A DNA stretch of 63,507 nt, counting the filler, from Octopus bimaculoides (lineage: Eukaryota), in the NCBI RefSeq assembly GCF_001194135.2. It is 6 parts of 4 records of this genome, joined end to end, with 100 filler letters (N's around TTAATTAATTAA, not from the genome) between each part and the next. Parts side by side here need not be neighbours in the genome. Positions count along the whole stretch, not along the records: positions 1 to 6,053 come from NC_068987.1; positions 6,154 to 17,424 come from NW_026302687.1; 4 more parts are not named here. The stretch is one strand, 5' to 3'. The first letter of the stretch is position 1. The number at the start of each line of letters is the position of its first letter. This document shows positions 1 to 13,490 of the stretch, piece by piece. Made by a program: the position numbers and the translations under genes. The notes beneath the pieces are model-generated. The model made no database searches, was not told where the DNA came from, and saw only the letters and a list, made by a program, of their open reading frames with translations.

Positions 1-6
1 ATATAT

Positions 7-80
<74 letters not shown>

Positions 81-88
81 TGATAAAT

Positions 89-128
<40 letters not shown>
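7..128 (+). repeat. (GATA)n microsatellite
   Basis: Directly visible; similar tracts at 5540-5602 and 30532-30590. Confidence 0.95.
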
Positions 129-129
<1 letters not shown>

Positions 130-1217
130 TAGAAACATACTGATGTACACTCGCACATACTTGTATAGACACACACATACAACACACACACATACACGCA
201 CACTCACATACACACCTACACATACACGTATATACACATATATAGTATAGCGAGGGTGAGAGTGAGATGGATATCTTTTAAAGTCTTTCAATATTTATCT
301 TCTATATTCTAGCGTACATTGACAATAGAAATAATTTTCTTGGGTAAATAATAGAAGGGTGTTGTTAAAATGTTGCCCATTCCTGCTTAAAGAATAGGCA
401 CTCGCACACACACATACATGCATACTCACACAAAACATATGCATATATACATATATGCATAAACATACATACATACATACCTACATACATACATACATAC
501 ATGTATTCATAGTTTCATAAATACACGTGTATCTGCGTGTGTTGTATGTGTGTGTCTATACACACGCATTTATAAATTTCTTTTTGGCTATTTTATATGG
601 CAACTATTTAACAATAGCGTCGTAACAGATTTCCCGTCATCGATGGTTCACTGTATGTTTGATGTTCATAGATGAAGAACAAAGACCCTTTATACATAAC
701 CTGAATATTTCACTGGATGTAGTTCGGTACTCATGATATTTATTCCACTAAAGGTACTGTTTACAAGTTAATTCGACCCAACCTGGTTCCTATCATTTAA
801 GTACCTGATTCACTCGAATCCATAATATATATATATATCACCGCTTTTAGTCGAACAAATCGACCCCTGGACTTATTCTTTGTAAGCCTAGTACTTATTC
901 TATCGGCCTCTTTTGCCGAACCGATAGGTCCTTTTGATCATTTTAACGAAGTTTCCATATCTCTAGACATCTACGAAATACACATAGACACACACACACA
1001 CACACATCTTTCACTTGCTTAGGTTATTGAACTGCGACTATCCTGGAATTTTTAATCGAATGCATCGACCCCAGGACTTATTCTTTGTAAGCCTAGTACT
1101 TCTTATTCTATCGGGCTCTTTTGCCGAACAGCTAAGTTACAGGTACGTAAACACACCAGCATCGGTTGTCAAGCGATGCTAAGGGATGAACACAGACACA
1201 AACATATACACATACAT

Positions 1218-1264
<47 letters not shown>

Positions 1265-2013
1265 NNNNNNNNNNNNNNNNNNNNNNNNNNNNNNNNNNNN
1301 NNNNNNNNNNNNNNNNNNNNNNNNNNNNNNNNNNNNNNNNNNNNNNNNNNNNNNNNNNNNNNNNNNNNNNNNNNNNNNNNNNNNNNNNNNNNNNNNNNNN
1401 NNNNNNNNNNNNNNNNNNNNNNNNNNNNNNNNNNNNNNNNNNNNNNNNNNNNNNNNNNNNNNNNNNNNNNNNNNNNNNNNNNNNNNNNNNNNNNNNNNNN
1501 NNNNNNNNNNNNNNNNNNNNNNNNNNNNNNNNNNNNNNNNNNNNNNNNNNNNNNNNNNNNNNNNNNNNNNNNNNNNNNNNNNNNNNNNNNNNNNNNNNNN
1601 NNNNNNNNNNNNNNNNNNNNNNNNNNNNNNNNNNNNNNNNNNNNNNNNNNNNNNNNNNNNNNNNNNNNNNNNNNNNNNNNNNNNNNNNNNNNNNNNNNNN
1701 NNNNNNNNNNNNNNNNNNNNNNNNNNNNNNNNNNNNNNNNNNNNNNNNNNNNNNNNNNNNNNNNNNNNNNNNNNNNNNNNNNNCATAGTGGGGGCTGAAC
1801 GCAGAGCCATGTGATTAGGAAGCAAGCTTCTTACCACACAGCCACGCCTGCACAAATACACACACACACACAGGGAAAAAGCGAGTGACAAAAGAGACAC
1901 ACTTGTACTAAAATATACTTGCAGTCACATTGACATAACAATTCATATCACAGTAGCACACGTCTGGTTCAGAAAGGGGGAGAGTGAGAAGGATAGAAAG
2001 ATAGAGCCGGAGA

Positions 2014-2095
<82 letters not shown>

Positions 2096-2342
2096 GACAG
2101 CGGGACAGACATTGATAGTGGCGTATGAGAAGAAAAATGGAAAGTAAAATAGAAGAAAATAAAATGAACGTCGAAGACTCTAATTCTGTTCTACACAATG
2201 AAGAGAGAGAAGACAAGTGAGTGATTTTGTAATACAATTATATAAAATATTGTTGTGTTGAAATTATGTCTGTTATAAGTTGAGAATGAATACATAAACA
2301 CTCACAAACAACTCGCACAGACGGTTTTATATATATATATAC

Positions 2343-2387
<45 letters not shown>

Positions 2388-2647
2388 CACACACACACAA
2401 ACACACACATCTTTACATATTCATACATATAAACATACATGCATAGTTATTAATTTATATAAGGGCATTACTATACAATAATGCCTCACGCTAAGAGGGA
2501 CTCTAAAAGTCAAAATACAATAATAAACACAGGGATAAATGATGGCTTTTTTTCTCCCCCTTATGAAGTTTTTTCACGCTAACTCCTTGATAAATTCTTA
2601 TAAAGACTTTATCCAATTATTGAATTATACATACATGCATATATAGA

Positions 2648-2680
<33 letters not shown>

Positions 2681-2791
2681 GTGTGCGTATAATGATTATA
2701 TGAAAGTGGATATGTAGATAAATAGGTAAAGAGACAAATAGATACATTGAATAATTGATTGACTAGTTGATTGAGAGACTGATAAGTACAT

Positions 2792-2824
<33 letters not shown>

Positions 2825-3227
2825 TACATACATATNNNNNNNNNNNNNNNNNNNNNNNNNNNNNNNNNNNNNNNNNNNNNNNNNNNNNNNNNNNNNNNNN
2901 NNNNNNNNNNNNNNNNNNNNNNNNNNNNNNNNNNNNNNNNNNNNNNNNNNNNNNNNNNNNNNNNNNNNNNNNNNNNNNNNNNNNNNNNNNNNNNNNNNNN
3001 NNNNNNNNNNNNNNNNNNNNNNNNNNNNNNNNNNNNNNNNNNNNNNNNNNNNNNNNNNNNNNNNNNNNNTTAATTTATGGACCCCGAAAGGATGAAAGGC
3101 AAAGTCGACCTCGGCGGAATTTGAACTCAGAACGTAAAGACAGACGAAATACCGCTAAGCATTTCGCCCGGCGTGCTAAATACATAAATACATATTATCC
3201 ATCTGTGGTTATATATATATATATATA

Positions 3228-3647
3228 TACTCTTTACTCTTTTACTCTTTTACTTGTTTCAGTCATTTGACTGTGGCCATGCTGGAGCACCACCTTTAGT
3301 CGAGCAAATCGACCCCAGGACTTATTCTTTAGAAGCCTAGTACTTATTCTATCGGTCTCTTTTGCCGAACCGCTAAGTTACGGGGACGTAAACACACCAG
3401 CATCGGTTGTCAAGCGATGTTGGGGGGACAAACACAAACACGCAAACATATACACACACATACATACATATGTACATATATATGACGGACTTCTTCCAGT
3501 TTCCGTCTACCAAGTCCATTCACAAGGCTTTGGTCGGCTCGCGGCTATAGCAGAAGACACTTGCCCAAGGTGCCACGCAGTGGGACTGAACCCGGAACCA
3601 TGTGGTTGGTAAGCAAGCTACTTACCACACAGCCACTCCTACACCTA
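3228..3647 (-). mobile_element. SINE-A: tRNA-headed CORE-like SINE, full-length copy
   Basis: Minus strand: TAGGTGTAGGAGTGGCTGTGTGGTAAG (A box)...GGTTCAGTCCC (B box)...GGCACCTTGGGCAAGTG (CORE-like), internal (CA/TA)n, AAAAGAGT-repeat tail. Further copies near 838-930(-), 1008-1851(-, gap-split), 5780-6010(-), 8200-8490(-), 16543-16665(-), 18915-19020(-), 28570-28731(-), 29283-29412(+). Confidence 0.85.
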
Positions 3648-4235
3648 TATATATATATATATACACATACAAAGTACGCACATGTATGTATGTACTTACG
3701 TATATATACAATAATATGTATATGTATGTTTATTTATGAGTATACAGGATATTCATTTCATAAATTTTATGACAAATGACCAGCATATAGAGTCCTATGT
3801 GATTTATATATCTAAGAAGAAAACTGTGAAGCAGACTCGTAGTATAGTCCAAGTTTCTTTTCATTGGTTTCCATTCTCAGACAAACTACTGAGTACATAT
3901 ATAAAAAGTAAGCCAGAAACAAAATAAGAGAGTTTGTTAATAAATAATTTGGTTACTGTCAGAAATATAGACATGTATCTGCTTGTATGTATGTATGTAT
4001 GTATGTATGTATGTGTGTGTATGTTTGTATGTTTGTACAAAATAAACCATTGATGACGGGAAAATCTGTAACGACGCTATCGTTCACTAGTTACCATATG
4101 AAATAACAAAAAATATATAAATGCGTATATATATGTGGGTTTTAAAAAATGTATATGTATGTATATATGTATGTAGGAACTATGAACGCATGTATGTATG
4201 TATGTATGTATGCATGTATGTATGTATGTATGTGT

Positions 4236-4964
4236 CTTAGTGCTTAGGGTATTCGGCTTACGATGATAGGATCATGAGTTCGATATCTGGCAGCGTGTCG
4301 TTTCAGTCCATTCAGCTGGCAAAAATGAGTAGTGCCTGTAACACAAAAAGGCCAGCCTTGTCACATTCTGTGTCACACTGAATCTCTCTTAGAACTACGT
4401 TAAGGATACGCGTGTCTGTGGAATACTCAGCCACTTGCACATCAATTTCACGGGCAGGCTGTTCCTTTGATTGGATCAATTGGAACACTTACCGTCGTTA
4501 CCGACGGTGGGTCAATTTTGTGTATGTACGTATGTATGTATGTGTGGAGGCGCAATGGCCCAGTGGTTAGGGCAGAGGACTCGCTGTCATAGGATCGCGG
4601 TTTCGATTTCCAGACCGGGCGTTGTGAGTGTTTATTGAGCGAAAACACCTAAAGCTCCACGAGGCTCCAGCAGGGGATGGTGGCAAACCCTGCTGTACTC
4701 TTCCACCACAACTTTCTCTCACTCTTACTTCTTGTTTCTGTTGTGCCTGTAATTCAAAGGGTCAGCCTTGTCACACTGTGTCACGCTGAATATCCCCGAG
4801 AACTACGTTAAGGATACGCGTGTCTGTGGAATACTCAGCCACTTGCACATCAATTTCACGGGCAGGCTGTTCCTTTGATTGGATCAATTGGAACACTTAC
4901 CGTCGTTACCGACGGTGGGTCAATTTTGTGTATGTACGTATGTATGTATGTGTGGAGGCGCAAT
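4236..4964 (+). mobile_element. SINE-C family: older copy, full copy (4546-4920) and start of a third, in tandem
   Basis: GGAGGCGCAA-TGGCCCAGTGG (A box)...GGTTTCGATTTCC (B box)...cagccttgtcaca...agaactacgtt...ccgtcgttaccgacgg. Diverged relatives near 28280-28440 and 40670-40810. Confidence 0.75.
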
Positions 4965-5051
4965 NNNNNNNNNNNNNNNNNNNNNNNNNNNNNNNNNNNN
5001 NNNNNNNNNNNNNNNNNNNNNNNNNNNNNNNNNNNNNNNNNNNNNNNNNNN

Positions 5052-5120
<69 letters not shown>

Positions 5121-5171
5121 TGTGTGTATGGATGGTTGGATGGATGGATGGATGGATATGTGTGTGTGTAT

Positions 5172-5538
5172 GTATGTATACGTTCAGATTTGTATGTTTT
5201 GTTTTATGTATGTCTTCTTATGCATATACTTGCATATCTAGACACGCTCATATATACTTAAATGATAAACTTCTGGAAAGTTTTAAAGAGTTTTACAGTT
5301 CCAGTGATCTTTTACAGTTCTTGAATCTGTAGTCTTCGAATTAGCTTTCTCGTTTCTGGTTTTGAGAAGCCTAATTTCTCAAGATTGGTATTTAGGCAGT
5401 GTGTTACATATCCCAGTGTCCCATTATTTACAAGTATAAACCTGAACTTGTAATCTGGATAAACTGCAGATTTCTCAATAGTTCAACGTAAGTATTCCTT
5501 CTTCGCAGATCTTTAGCTTTGTGTTAACATCCGTTGGG
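5172..5538 (-). mobile_element. RLE-type LINE 3' fragment, same family as 6154-6720
   Basis: Nucleotide co-linearity with 6200-6530 (gcatatctagaca.gctcatatata.ttaaatgataaa...ttctcaagattggtatttaggcagtg...ctgcagatttctcaatagttca). Confidence 0.8.
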
Positions 5539-5604
<66 letters not shown>

Positions 5605-6053
5605 GTGAGAGAGAGAGAGACGCAAAGACACAAGGTCACACAATTGTTTAGTAGTGTTTCTTGACTACTTTTTTGCCTAAGAACTTCCTTGATTCCTATA
5701 TTTACTCTACTAGACCTCAATAGCCATTCGATGAGTGTACAAAACATCCTATCATATGTTTATAATTAAATATTAAGAATTCTTCTATCTTTTACGTATT
5801 TCAGTCATTAGACTGCGACCATGCTGGGGCACTGCCTTGAAGAATTTTTAGCTGAATGAAATTGCATCCAGCACTTATTATTGTTTTTAAAGCCTGGTAT
5901 TTATTGTGTCGGTCACTGGTGCTAAACCGCTAGGTTACTGGGACGTAAACACACCAACACCGATTACCGAGCGGTGGTGGGGAATACAAACACTAATACA
6001 AAGACATACGCACATAATTATCTCTCTCTCTCCCTCATATATATATATATATA

Positions 6054-6153
6054 NNNNNNNNNNNNNNNNNNNNNNNNNNNNNNNNNNNNNNNNNNNNTTA
6101 ATTAATTAANNNNNNNNNNNNNNNNNNNNNNNNNNNNNNNNNNNNNNNNNNNN
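6054..6153. other. Artificial 100-bp scaffold join (44 N + TTAATTAATTAA + 44 N); also at 17425-17524, 25755-25854, 42596-42695, 59170-59269
   Basis: The identical 12-mer, which has stops in all six frames, is flanked by 44 N on each side at all five sites. Confidence 0.95.
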
Positions 6154-6720
6154 CTTCATTGGAATTTCAACATCAACAACAGGCTATTTTTGTTTGTGTG
6201 TATATGTGCAGATTTGTATGCTTTGCTTTATGTATGTATATTCATGCATATATTTGCATATCTAGACATGCTCATATATATTTAAATGATAAATTTCTGG
6301 TAAGTTTTACAGGTTTTTAGTCTTTGAATTAGTTTTCTCCTTTCTGGTTTTGAGAAGTTAAATTTCTCAAGATTGGTATTTAGGCAGTGTCTTACATATC
6401 CCAGAGCCCCAATAATTACTGGTATAAACCTGAACATGTAATCTGGATTGAGTAACTGCAGATTTCTCAATAGTTCAGCGTAGGTATTCTCTTTTTCACT
6501 GATTTCCAGTTTTATGTTAACATCTGCTGAGCAGCTAATTTCCACAACTGTACAGTTTCTCTTCTCTATCTCAAATAATTTATATCAGGTCTGTTGTGCT
6601 TACATTCTATTGAGATTTTCACTGGGACATTCTGCCAGTACTCCTTTTTATTATGAGTGGCTATAGCTTCTACCATACTGTAAATTCTTATTTCTTTGTC
6701 CTCGGGGTTATCTCAAGCCT
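6154..6720 (-). mobile_element. 3' end of an RLE-type (R4/Dong-like) non-LTR retrotransposon
   Basis: Minus strand: KHNRPDI...EISCSADVNI...KENTYAELLRNLQLL.PDY.FRFIPVIIGALGYV...CKT.QKFII*. This is the PD-(D/E)xK restriction-like endonuclease end, followed by 3' UTR. Confidence 0.8.
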
Positions 6721-7289
6721 AACTGATTTTATCTACCGTACTACTTCCGTATCAGCTCGATTTAGATTGCTCTTAGAGCTATTTCTGATGCCGTGGCGCT
6801 GGACCCGGATTAAGAAGTTGGATTAAGTTCATATATATGTGTACACTACTCTGTGTTACATACACTGATCTCATTTTGCTCTCATCCATTCATATATACG
6901 TGTGATGTATGTATGTGTGTGTATATATGTGCGTACGTGTATGTATGAATGTATGTATCACACCACTGCATCGACCAGATTATCGGATGTTGATATGCAT
7001 CGCTGACCACAATGCGCTTTCTCTGTTTGTGCTAGCTTTCGAATTATGGTACCCCGTTGGCTTAGGCGGGCGGTCATGTCTGCGTGTTTGCGTGTAATAA
7101 GAATGGTACAGCTTGTTTCAAATATAGACCAATACTCTTTCAAACAAACGTGAAGAAAGCTTGTGTTCGGTTATGGTGGATGGAAGTCTCAGTGAACCTT
7201 TTGAGGTTAACCTGGTGTTATTCAGGGCAGTATATTGTCTCCACTACTTTTTGTGTTGGCGAATTTCATGCTGGAGAATGTTTTACTAG

Positions 7290-8030
7290 CGTTTGTGGAA
7301 CACAATGGACAGATAATATGCTGCTAGCCAATCTAGATTATGTTGATAACCTGGCGATTATTATGAGAACAGAAGAAATAAAACTAGCATTGGGTTGTTT
7401 AATAAGAATGGCAAGCTACGTTGTTCTTGTCAATAAATGTTCAAAGACAGGAATCATGAATATAGAATATGCCAATCCGTCCAGTTGGTGTATGGAAGGA
7501 AAAAATAATAAAGACCAAAGATTATTTCAGATAGTTGGGAATTACGGTTATACATAACGGCGCACTTGGTTTGGAGTTTATGGGGGATATAATTAAAAAA
7601 AAAACAAAAAAAAAAANNNNNNNNNNAAAAAAAAAAAAAAAAAAAAAAACAGGACGAGCTATGGTCACGTTGGAATATCTAAAGTTCAAGTGTCTCTGGA
7701 TACACAAGAAGGCAAAAATTTACATATGTTCGGTTAGATCAATATTTCTTTATGGACATCGATCTTGGCCCAGTACCACTATATCTGATGCTGAATTAGT
7801 AGCTTTTGAACTCAAAACCTTAAGTAGCAAATATTAATAATGAGATAAATTCAAGTGTTCAACCTCAGAGAAAGAGAGGCAGTTGATGTAATATGAAACG
7901 ATAAGTTTGCGAAACTGTGATCATGGAGATGAACGGGGGCATACCTAGGAGCCTTGTTGGAGGTGTTCCCATCTGGGCAGCAGACGGCTGAAGGAAGAAA
8001 CTGCTGGAATACTGGTAAAAACGATGAAAG
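7290..8030 (+). mobile_element. Decayed RTE-like LINE (RT end and C-terminal region)
   Basis: LDYVDNLA (YADD-like, ~7333-7356) and KAKIYICSVRSIFLYGHRSWP; frameshifted. Confidence 0.6.
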
Positions 8031-8525
8031 TTGGCAGAAGAATGAGCGTTTCCGAGGAATTACTCAGGATCGGTGCGTTTAGCGAAAATTCATCGCACTA
8101 CTATGCATTCCATTAGTGTAAAAAGGGGTTAGAGAATATGTATCTATGTACTTTTGCCTTCATGCGATGTATTTGTGTTAAGCATGATGCACTGATTAAA
8201 CTGTCTGTCTGTCATTCGCTTGTTTCAGTCATTGGATTGCTGCTATGCTGGGGTGCCGCATTGAGGGGCTAAGTCGAACAAGTCGACCCAAATTCTATTT
8301 TTGAGCCTGGTACTTACTTTATCGGTCTGTTTTGCTCAACCGCTAAGTTACAGGCACAAAAAGAAACCAACACTGGTTCTCAAGCAGTGGGGAAGAAGGA
8401 CGAACACAGATTTGCGAATACGATGGGATTCCACACAATTTCTGCTTGTCAAATTCATAAATGCCCAAGGTGCCACACAGTGGGACTGAACTCGAATCCA
8501 CGTGGATTATTATTATCATTATAAA

Positions 8526-8995
8526 GGCGGCGATCTGGCAGAATTGTTAACACGCCGAGCAAAATGCTTAATGGCATTTCGTCCGTCCTTACGTTCTGAG
8601 TTCAAATTCCGCCGAGGTCGACTTTGCCCTTCATCCTTTCGGGGTCGGTATCTATGCAGTAGAAATACGTATTCGGCAGAGTCTAAAGAGTATATGCATC
8701 ATATTATATCGTATAGTACCAGTGAAACACTGGGGTCGATGTAATCGATTGGTCCCTTCCCCTCAAATTTAAGGTTTTATTTTCCTTTAGTAGAAAAGAT
8801 TATTACTATTATTATAAAAGCGGTGAGCTGGCAGAATCATTAGCTTGCCGGTCAAAATGCTTTACAGCATTTTGTCCGTCCTTACGGTCTGAGTTCAAAT
8901 TCTTCCGAGGTCGACTTTGCCTTTCATTCTTTCAGGGACGATAAATTAAGTACCAGTTGAACACTGGTTGTCTTTATGGCGAAATTTGAAACCAT
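8526..8995 (+). mobile_element. SINE-B (tRNA head plus Meta-domain-like core), two head-to-tail copies (8526, 8820)
   Basis: GGCGG.GAnCTGGCAGAAT...GAGTTCAAATTC (B box)...GGTCGACTTTGCC.TTCAT.CTTTC.GGG, which resembles the MetaSINE/Sauria central domain. Each copy is preceded by (ATT)n. Confidence 0.8.
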
Positions 8996-9290
8996 TAATA
9001 TTATTATCATTATTATTATGTTTTAATATTAAGATTATTACTGTTTCGTTTTACGTAACTGGAAAATGGCCAGCAACTTACACGTTGGCAATGAATAACA
9101 ATTTCACTGTATTTGTCTAATAATAAACAGCAGTCACCCTTAATAATCTTAATGTTTCATATCTAGAAAGAGGGCAACCCTTCTTATCGCCTTGCTACGA
9201 TTTTGGCAAACTTTTAAGATTGACCATCCTAAGTTATAAATTATACTCCTAGATTTTAGATTAAAAATATATTTAGCGAGAAAAATTGAA

Positions 9291-9630
9291 TATCTTTTAT
9301 CCTTTACTTGTTTCACTCATTGGACTGCAGCCATGCTGGAACACCGCATTGGAGTTTAAACGTACAAATCGACACTTGTACATCGTTTTTAAATCTGGTA
9401 CTTACTCTATCGGTCTGTTTTGCCGAACCACAACGTTATTGGCACATAAACAAACCAACACCGGTTGTAAGCGGCGGTGGGTGATAAACACAGACATATA
9501 CATATACGACAGGCTTGCATACAGTTTCCGTCTACCAAACTCACTCACAAGATATTGGTTGACCCAGAGCGATAGTAGAAGACACTTGTCCAAGGTGCCG
9601 CACAGTGGGACTGAACCCGGAGACATGGTT
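9291..9630 (-). mobile_element. SINE-A copy
   Basis: Co-linear with 3228-3647 (ttacttgtttca.tcatt.gactgc.gccatgctgga...cagtgggactgaacccgg). Confidence 0.8.
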
Positions 9631-10763
9631 GCAGACTTATAAGCCTGAAGTTTTCATTAGATGACTGATAACACAATTTTTAAAAAATATTTCCAGTAAA
9701 GCCCATTTAAAATTTAGAAGTATTACGAGCTCGAACTGTACAGCTATATTTTTATGCCGACAATTTTCTCTTAAAGGATATCCATTAGTTACTATACATG
9801 TTATAACATACTTCTGGTTTTCCAAGTACAGAAGAGGCATCTAAATATCCAGAAAGGGACACCTGGAAGAACCCTAGTGGGGTACATATCGATATGCAAG
9901 CCCTAGTGACCTCTGAAAAACAAAAAGTTATTCTAGTACTGTAGTCTATTGTGTGGACAGAAATGAAAGCAAATATAGAAGCGGTGTAGAGAGTACAGTT
10001 ATTATACCGCATGCTGTAGGAGTTACATAGGAGGTTTCTGCTTACAGGAGCTGGAAAGAAGAGAGAGAGAGAAATTACGTGTCACAGTAGTAGCGACAAT
10101 ACTTAGGGTAGGTCCCAAAAAATTGCTGTTTTAAGAGCAGCAACGGTGGCAGCTCAGTGGGTAGGTGAAAAAAATTGCCTTGTCCTATGAACCAAGAATT
10201 TAAGAGGACCCCCCCCCACTCTCTATAGTTTCACCGTTGGAGAGAAGTGGTCTCTGGGCAGGAGTATAAAAATGAAAAGGAAAAAGAAAAACAGCAGGAT
10301 CCAAGAAGAAAAGCCCACCTCATCATTTATGACGTCATGACATTGCCTATTACTGGAATCTGCAAGGAACATCTGAATATTCAACATCAACGAGGATAGG
10401 GGTGATGTTGAAGATGGCGTGCTGCTTGAGGAGGAGATGGGGCCAGATTTTGTGGAACAATTAGACTGACTTCTGATGAAGGCTAAAACAGCAATCTATC
10501 AAGACATACATCTTAACTACCAAGAGGATGTGGCAGGATTCGAGACTTAGAATGCTCACGAGTACATTGAGTCGTAGGTTCTAAACAACAGGAGTGAAAC
10601 GGGGGTTGAGTCGTGTAACCTGAACAGACCTAGAAGATGCTTTTCACCAAAGCACGGATGTTGTGTTACCTTTATTCGTTCTTGTTTGTTTGTTATTTGT
10701 ATTTACTTATAGTGATTTCCTGCAAATGAAATGGGAAGATAATTATTATTATTATTATTATTT

Positions 10764-11330
10764 GGCGGCGAGCTAGCAGAATCGTTACCATGCCGGAAAA
10801 AAATGCTTAGCTGTATTTCTTCAAACGCTACATTCTGAGTTCAAATTACGCCAAGGCTGGCTTTACCTTTCATTCTTTCGGGGTCGATAAATTAAGTACC
10901 AGTGAAACACTGGGGCCGATGTAATCGACTTATCTCCTCCCCTAGAATGGCTGCCTTTGTGGCAAAATCTGAAACCACTATTATTATTATTATTATTATC
11001 ATTAAGGCGGCGAGCTGGCAGAATCGTTAACACGTCGGGTGAAATACTTCACGGCATTTCGTCCGTCCTTACGGTCAGACTTCAAAAACCGCGCAGGTCG
11101 ATCTTGCCTTTCATCCTTTCGGGGTCGATAAAATAAGTGCCAGTTGAGTACTGGGGTCGATGTAATCGACTTAACCCCAAATTTCAAGCCTTGTGCCTTT
11201 AGAAGAAAGGATTCCTTTCATCCTTTTTGGATCGATGAAATAAGTACCCGTTACGCACTGGGGTCGATATAATCGACCACCTCCCTACCCCACAAATTTC
11301 AGGCCTTGTGTCTATAATAGAAAAGATTAT
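10764..11330 (+). mobile_element. SINE-B tandem run: two full copies (10764, 11006) plus a 3' partial (~11212)
   Basis: Repeated ggcggcgagct.gcagaatcgtta and cctttcat.ctttcggggtcgataaa.taagt.ccag, separated by (ATT)n. Confidence 0.8.
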
Positions 11331-11553
11331 TATTATACATGCATGCATAGGACAGTTTACACATATCTATACACGATGGTAATAACTATATACAGACACA
11401 CAAATGATAAACACACATACACACACACACACAATATGTTTATAAGTTTACTGCCATACAGTATGAGGGAATGTATACATGTACACACAAATACACATAG
11501 ATACAAACACATTTACATACAACCATGCACACACTAGCCCATTCATATATATG

Positions 11554-11605
<52 letters not shown>

Positions 11606-13096
11606 TACTAATGTTACATTTACGTCTGAATTTACGAGCTTTTATATGTAAGGCCGCGAGCGCGATTGCGTATTCGTGTAAATATACGTATACGTTTCAT
11701 GGTTTCTTCGCAAGATTCTTATAATAGACGAATATATTGAGCTGCATACATCAATTGGAAGTGAGTTTTGAAAGTTTTATGTTTATACCATTTACGTACA
11801 TATTTTATTAGGGTACTTACATTTTATGGTACACGTGACACAATATCTTGTATAAGAAAATAAGTTTTATTGCCAGCGAATAGTCGTTGACTGGTAATAA
11901 GAACAAAATCACACAGACACACTCACACATGTCTAGTTAGCTTTCTTTCTGTCTAGAAATATCTATCTATCTATCTATCTATGATTCTTTGCCATATTTT
12001 TTGATAATGTATTAACCCTTAACGAGTTCTCATACTGGATATATGCGACGCAGTAAATATTCTCTGCAGACATATTCCTGGAATTAGCGCGCCGAAACGA
12101 AGACTTTTGAATTTTACCATTAAGCTGTAATTAGCAGAACCATATACACGCGCACCTATGGCGGTGGCCAACTTTGTATGGGGTTCTGATGATTATGGTT
12201 CCATTACAAATCAGGCTGAAGAGAAATAGACAGTCGGTAAGATTGTCAAATTTGAAACCGGTACCTGTTTAATAATGTTCCTTTTCGGTGATTTTTAAAT
12301 GTCTTGCCCGCTTACGTTTTGGTATCACGCTATATTTCATGTTGAGAACAATTTAGGTCTTGTTAGACACAAGATGTGATCTATTTCTAGCACATTGAAT
12401 GTCCACGTTAGTGGTCAACGTCATATATAAATATANNNNNNNNNNNNNNNNNNNNNNNNNNNNNNNNNNNNNNNNNNNNNNNNNNNNNNNNNNNNNNNNN
12501 NNNNNNNNNNNNNNNNNNNNNNNNNNNNNNNNNNNNNNNNNNNNNNNNNNNNNNNNNNNNNNNNNNNNNNNNNNNNNNNNNNNNNNNNNNNNNNNNNNNN
12601 NNNNNNNNNNNNNNNNNNNNNNNNNNNACACACACACACACACAAACATTTAAAATAAGAAGGAAATGGAGAAGACTTTTGATCAACAGACCGCCTACCA
12701 TCGGTTATAATTTTTTAATACAAAATGTTAAATTGCTAACAGCCGTTTCTGCTGCCTATGTCAGCCAGTACCGCCATAGAAAATTATGAGAATAATAATA
12801 ATATTCGTCATCATTACGATTTCGATTTCACTTGCCCAAACAGGTCTTCGCAAGCAGAGTTTAGTGTCCAATGAAGGAAAGGTTGGCATGGGTGCCAGTC
12901 GTCGGATTCGGTTCGATTTCAAATTCCAAAATATATAATTGTTAATTTAATTCCACTTTTTAAGTTTCATTAACGATTTATTCCGTTAATTCATTTTATT
13001 AATATTGAACATATATTTCACAGATAATTGATCTTTGCTTCTCTGTTTCATTGTACATTTTGAGGATGCTGTCTCCTTCTATAGCGTACCAATTAT

Positions 13097-13490
13097 TAGG
13101 TGCAGGTGTGACTAGTAAGAAGCTTGCTTCCCAACCACATGGTTCCGGGTTCACTCCCACTGCATGAAACCTTGGGCAAGTGTCTTCTATAGTCTCGGGT
13201 TTACCAAAGCCGTGTGAGTGGATATAGTTGACACAAGCTGAAGGAAGCCCGCTGTGGATATATATTTATAAACACACGTTTCATTGTGTCTGTGTTTGCC
13301 CCACAGTCACCGCTTGGCAACCGACGTTGGTGTGTTTACGTTCCCATAACTTATTGGTTCAACAAAGGACCCCGATAGAATAAAAGAAAAACAGGCTCAA
13401 GAAATAAGTCCAGGGGTCGATTTGCTTGAAAAATCCTTCAACGTGGTGCTCCAATCTGGCCGCAGTCAAGTGATGAAGGGAATGTTCTTT
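13097..13490 (+). mobile_element. SINE-A copy
   Basis: taggtgcagg...ggttccgggttcactcccactgc...ccttgggcaagtgtcttcta...ggggtcgatttgc. Confidence 0.8.

Noticed and set aside
6098-6109. Recurrent TTAATTAATTAA motif (5 times)
   Set aside because: Always flanked by exactly 44 N on each side; an artificial six-frame-stop linker, not biology.
10465-10500. CTGATGAAGGCT resembling the SINE-D hammerhead
   Set aside because: No GAAA after the putative stem II, so the catalytic core is incomplete.
12050-12240. Candidate exons: a + acceptor ttctctgcag giving DIFLELARRNEDF*, and a - acceptor ctatttctcttcag giving LICNGTIIIRTPYKVGHRH
   Set aside because: Short, no recognisable homology and no partner exons; cannot be supported without RNA-seq.
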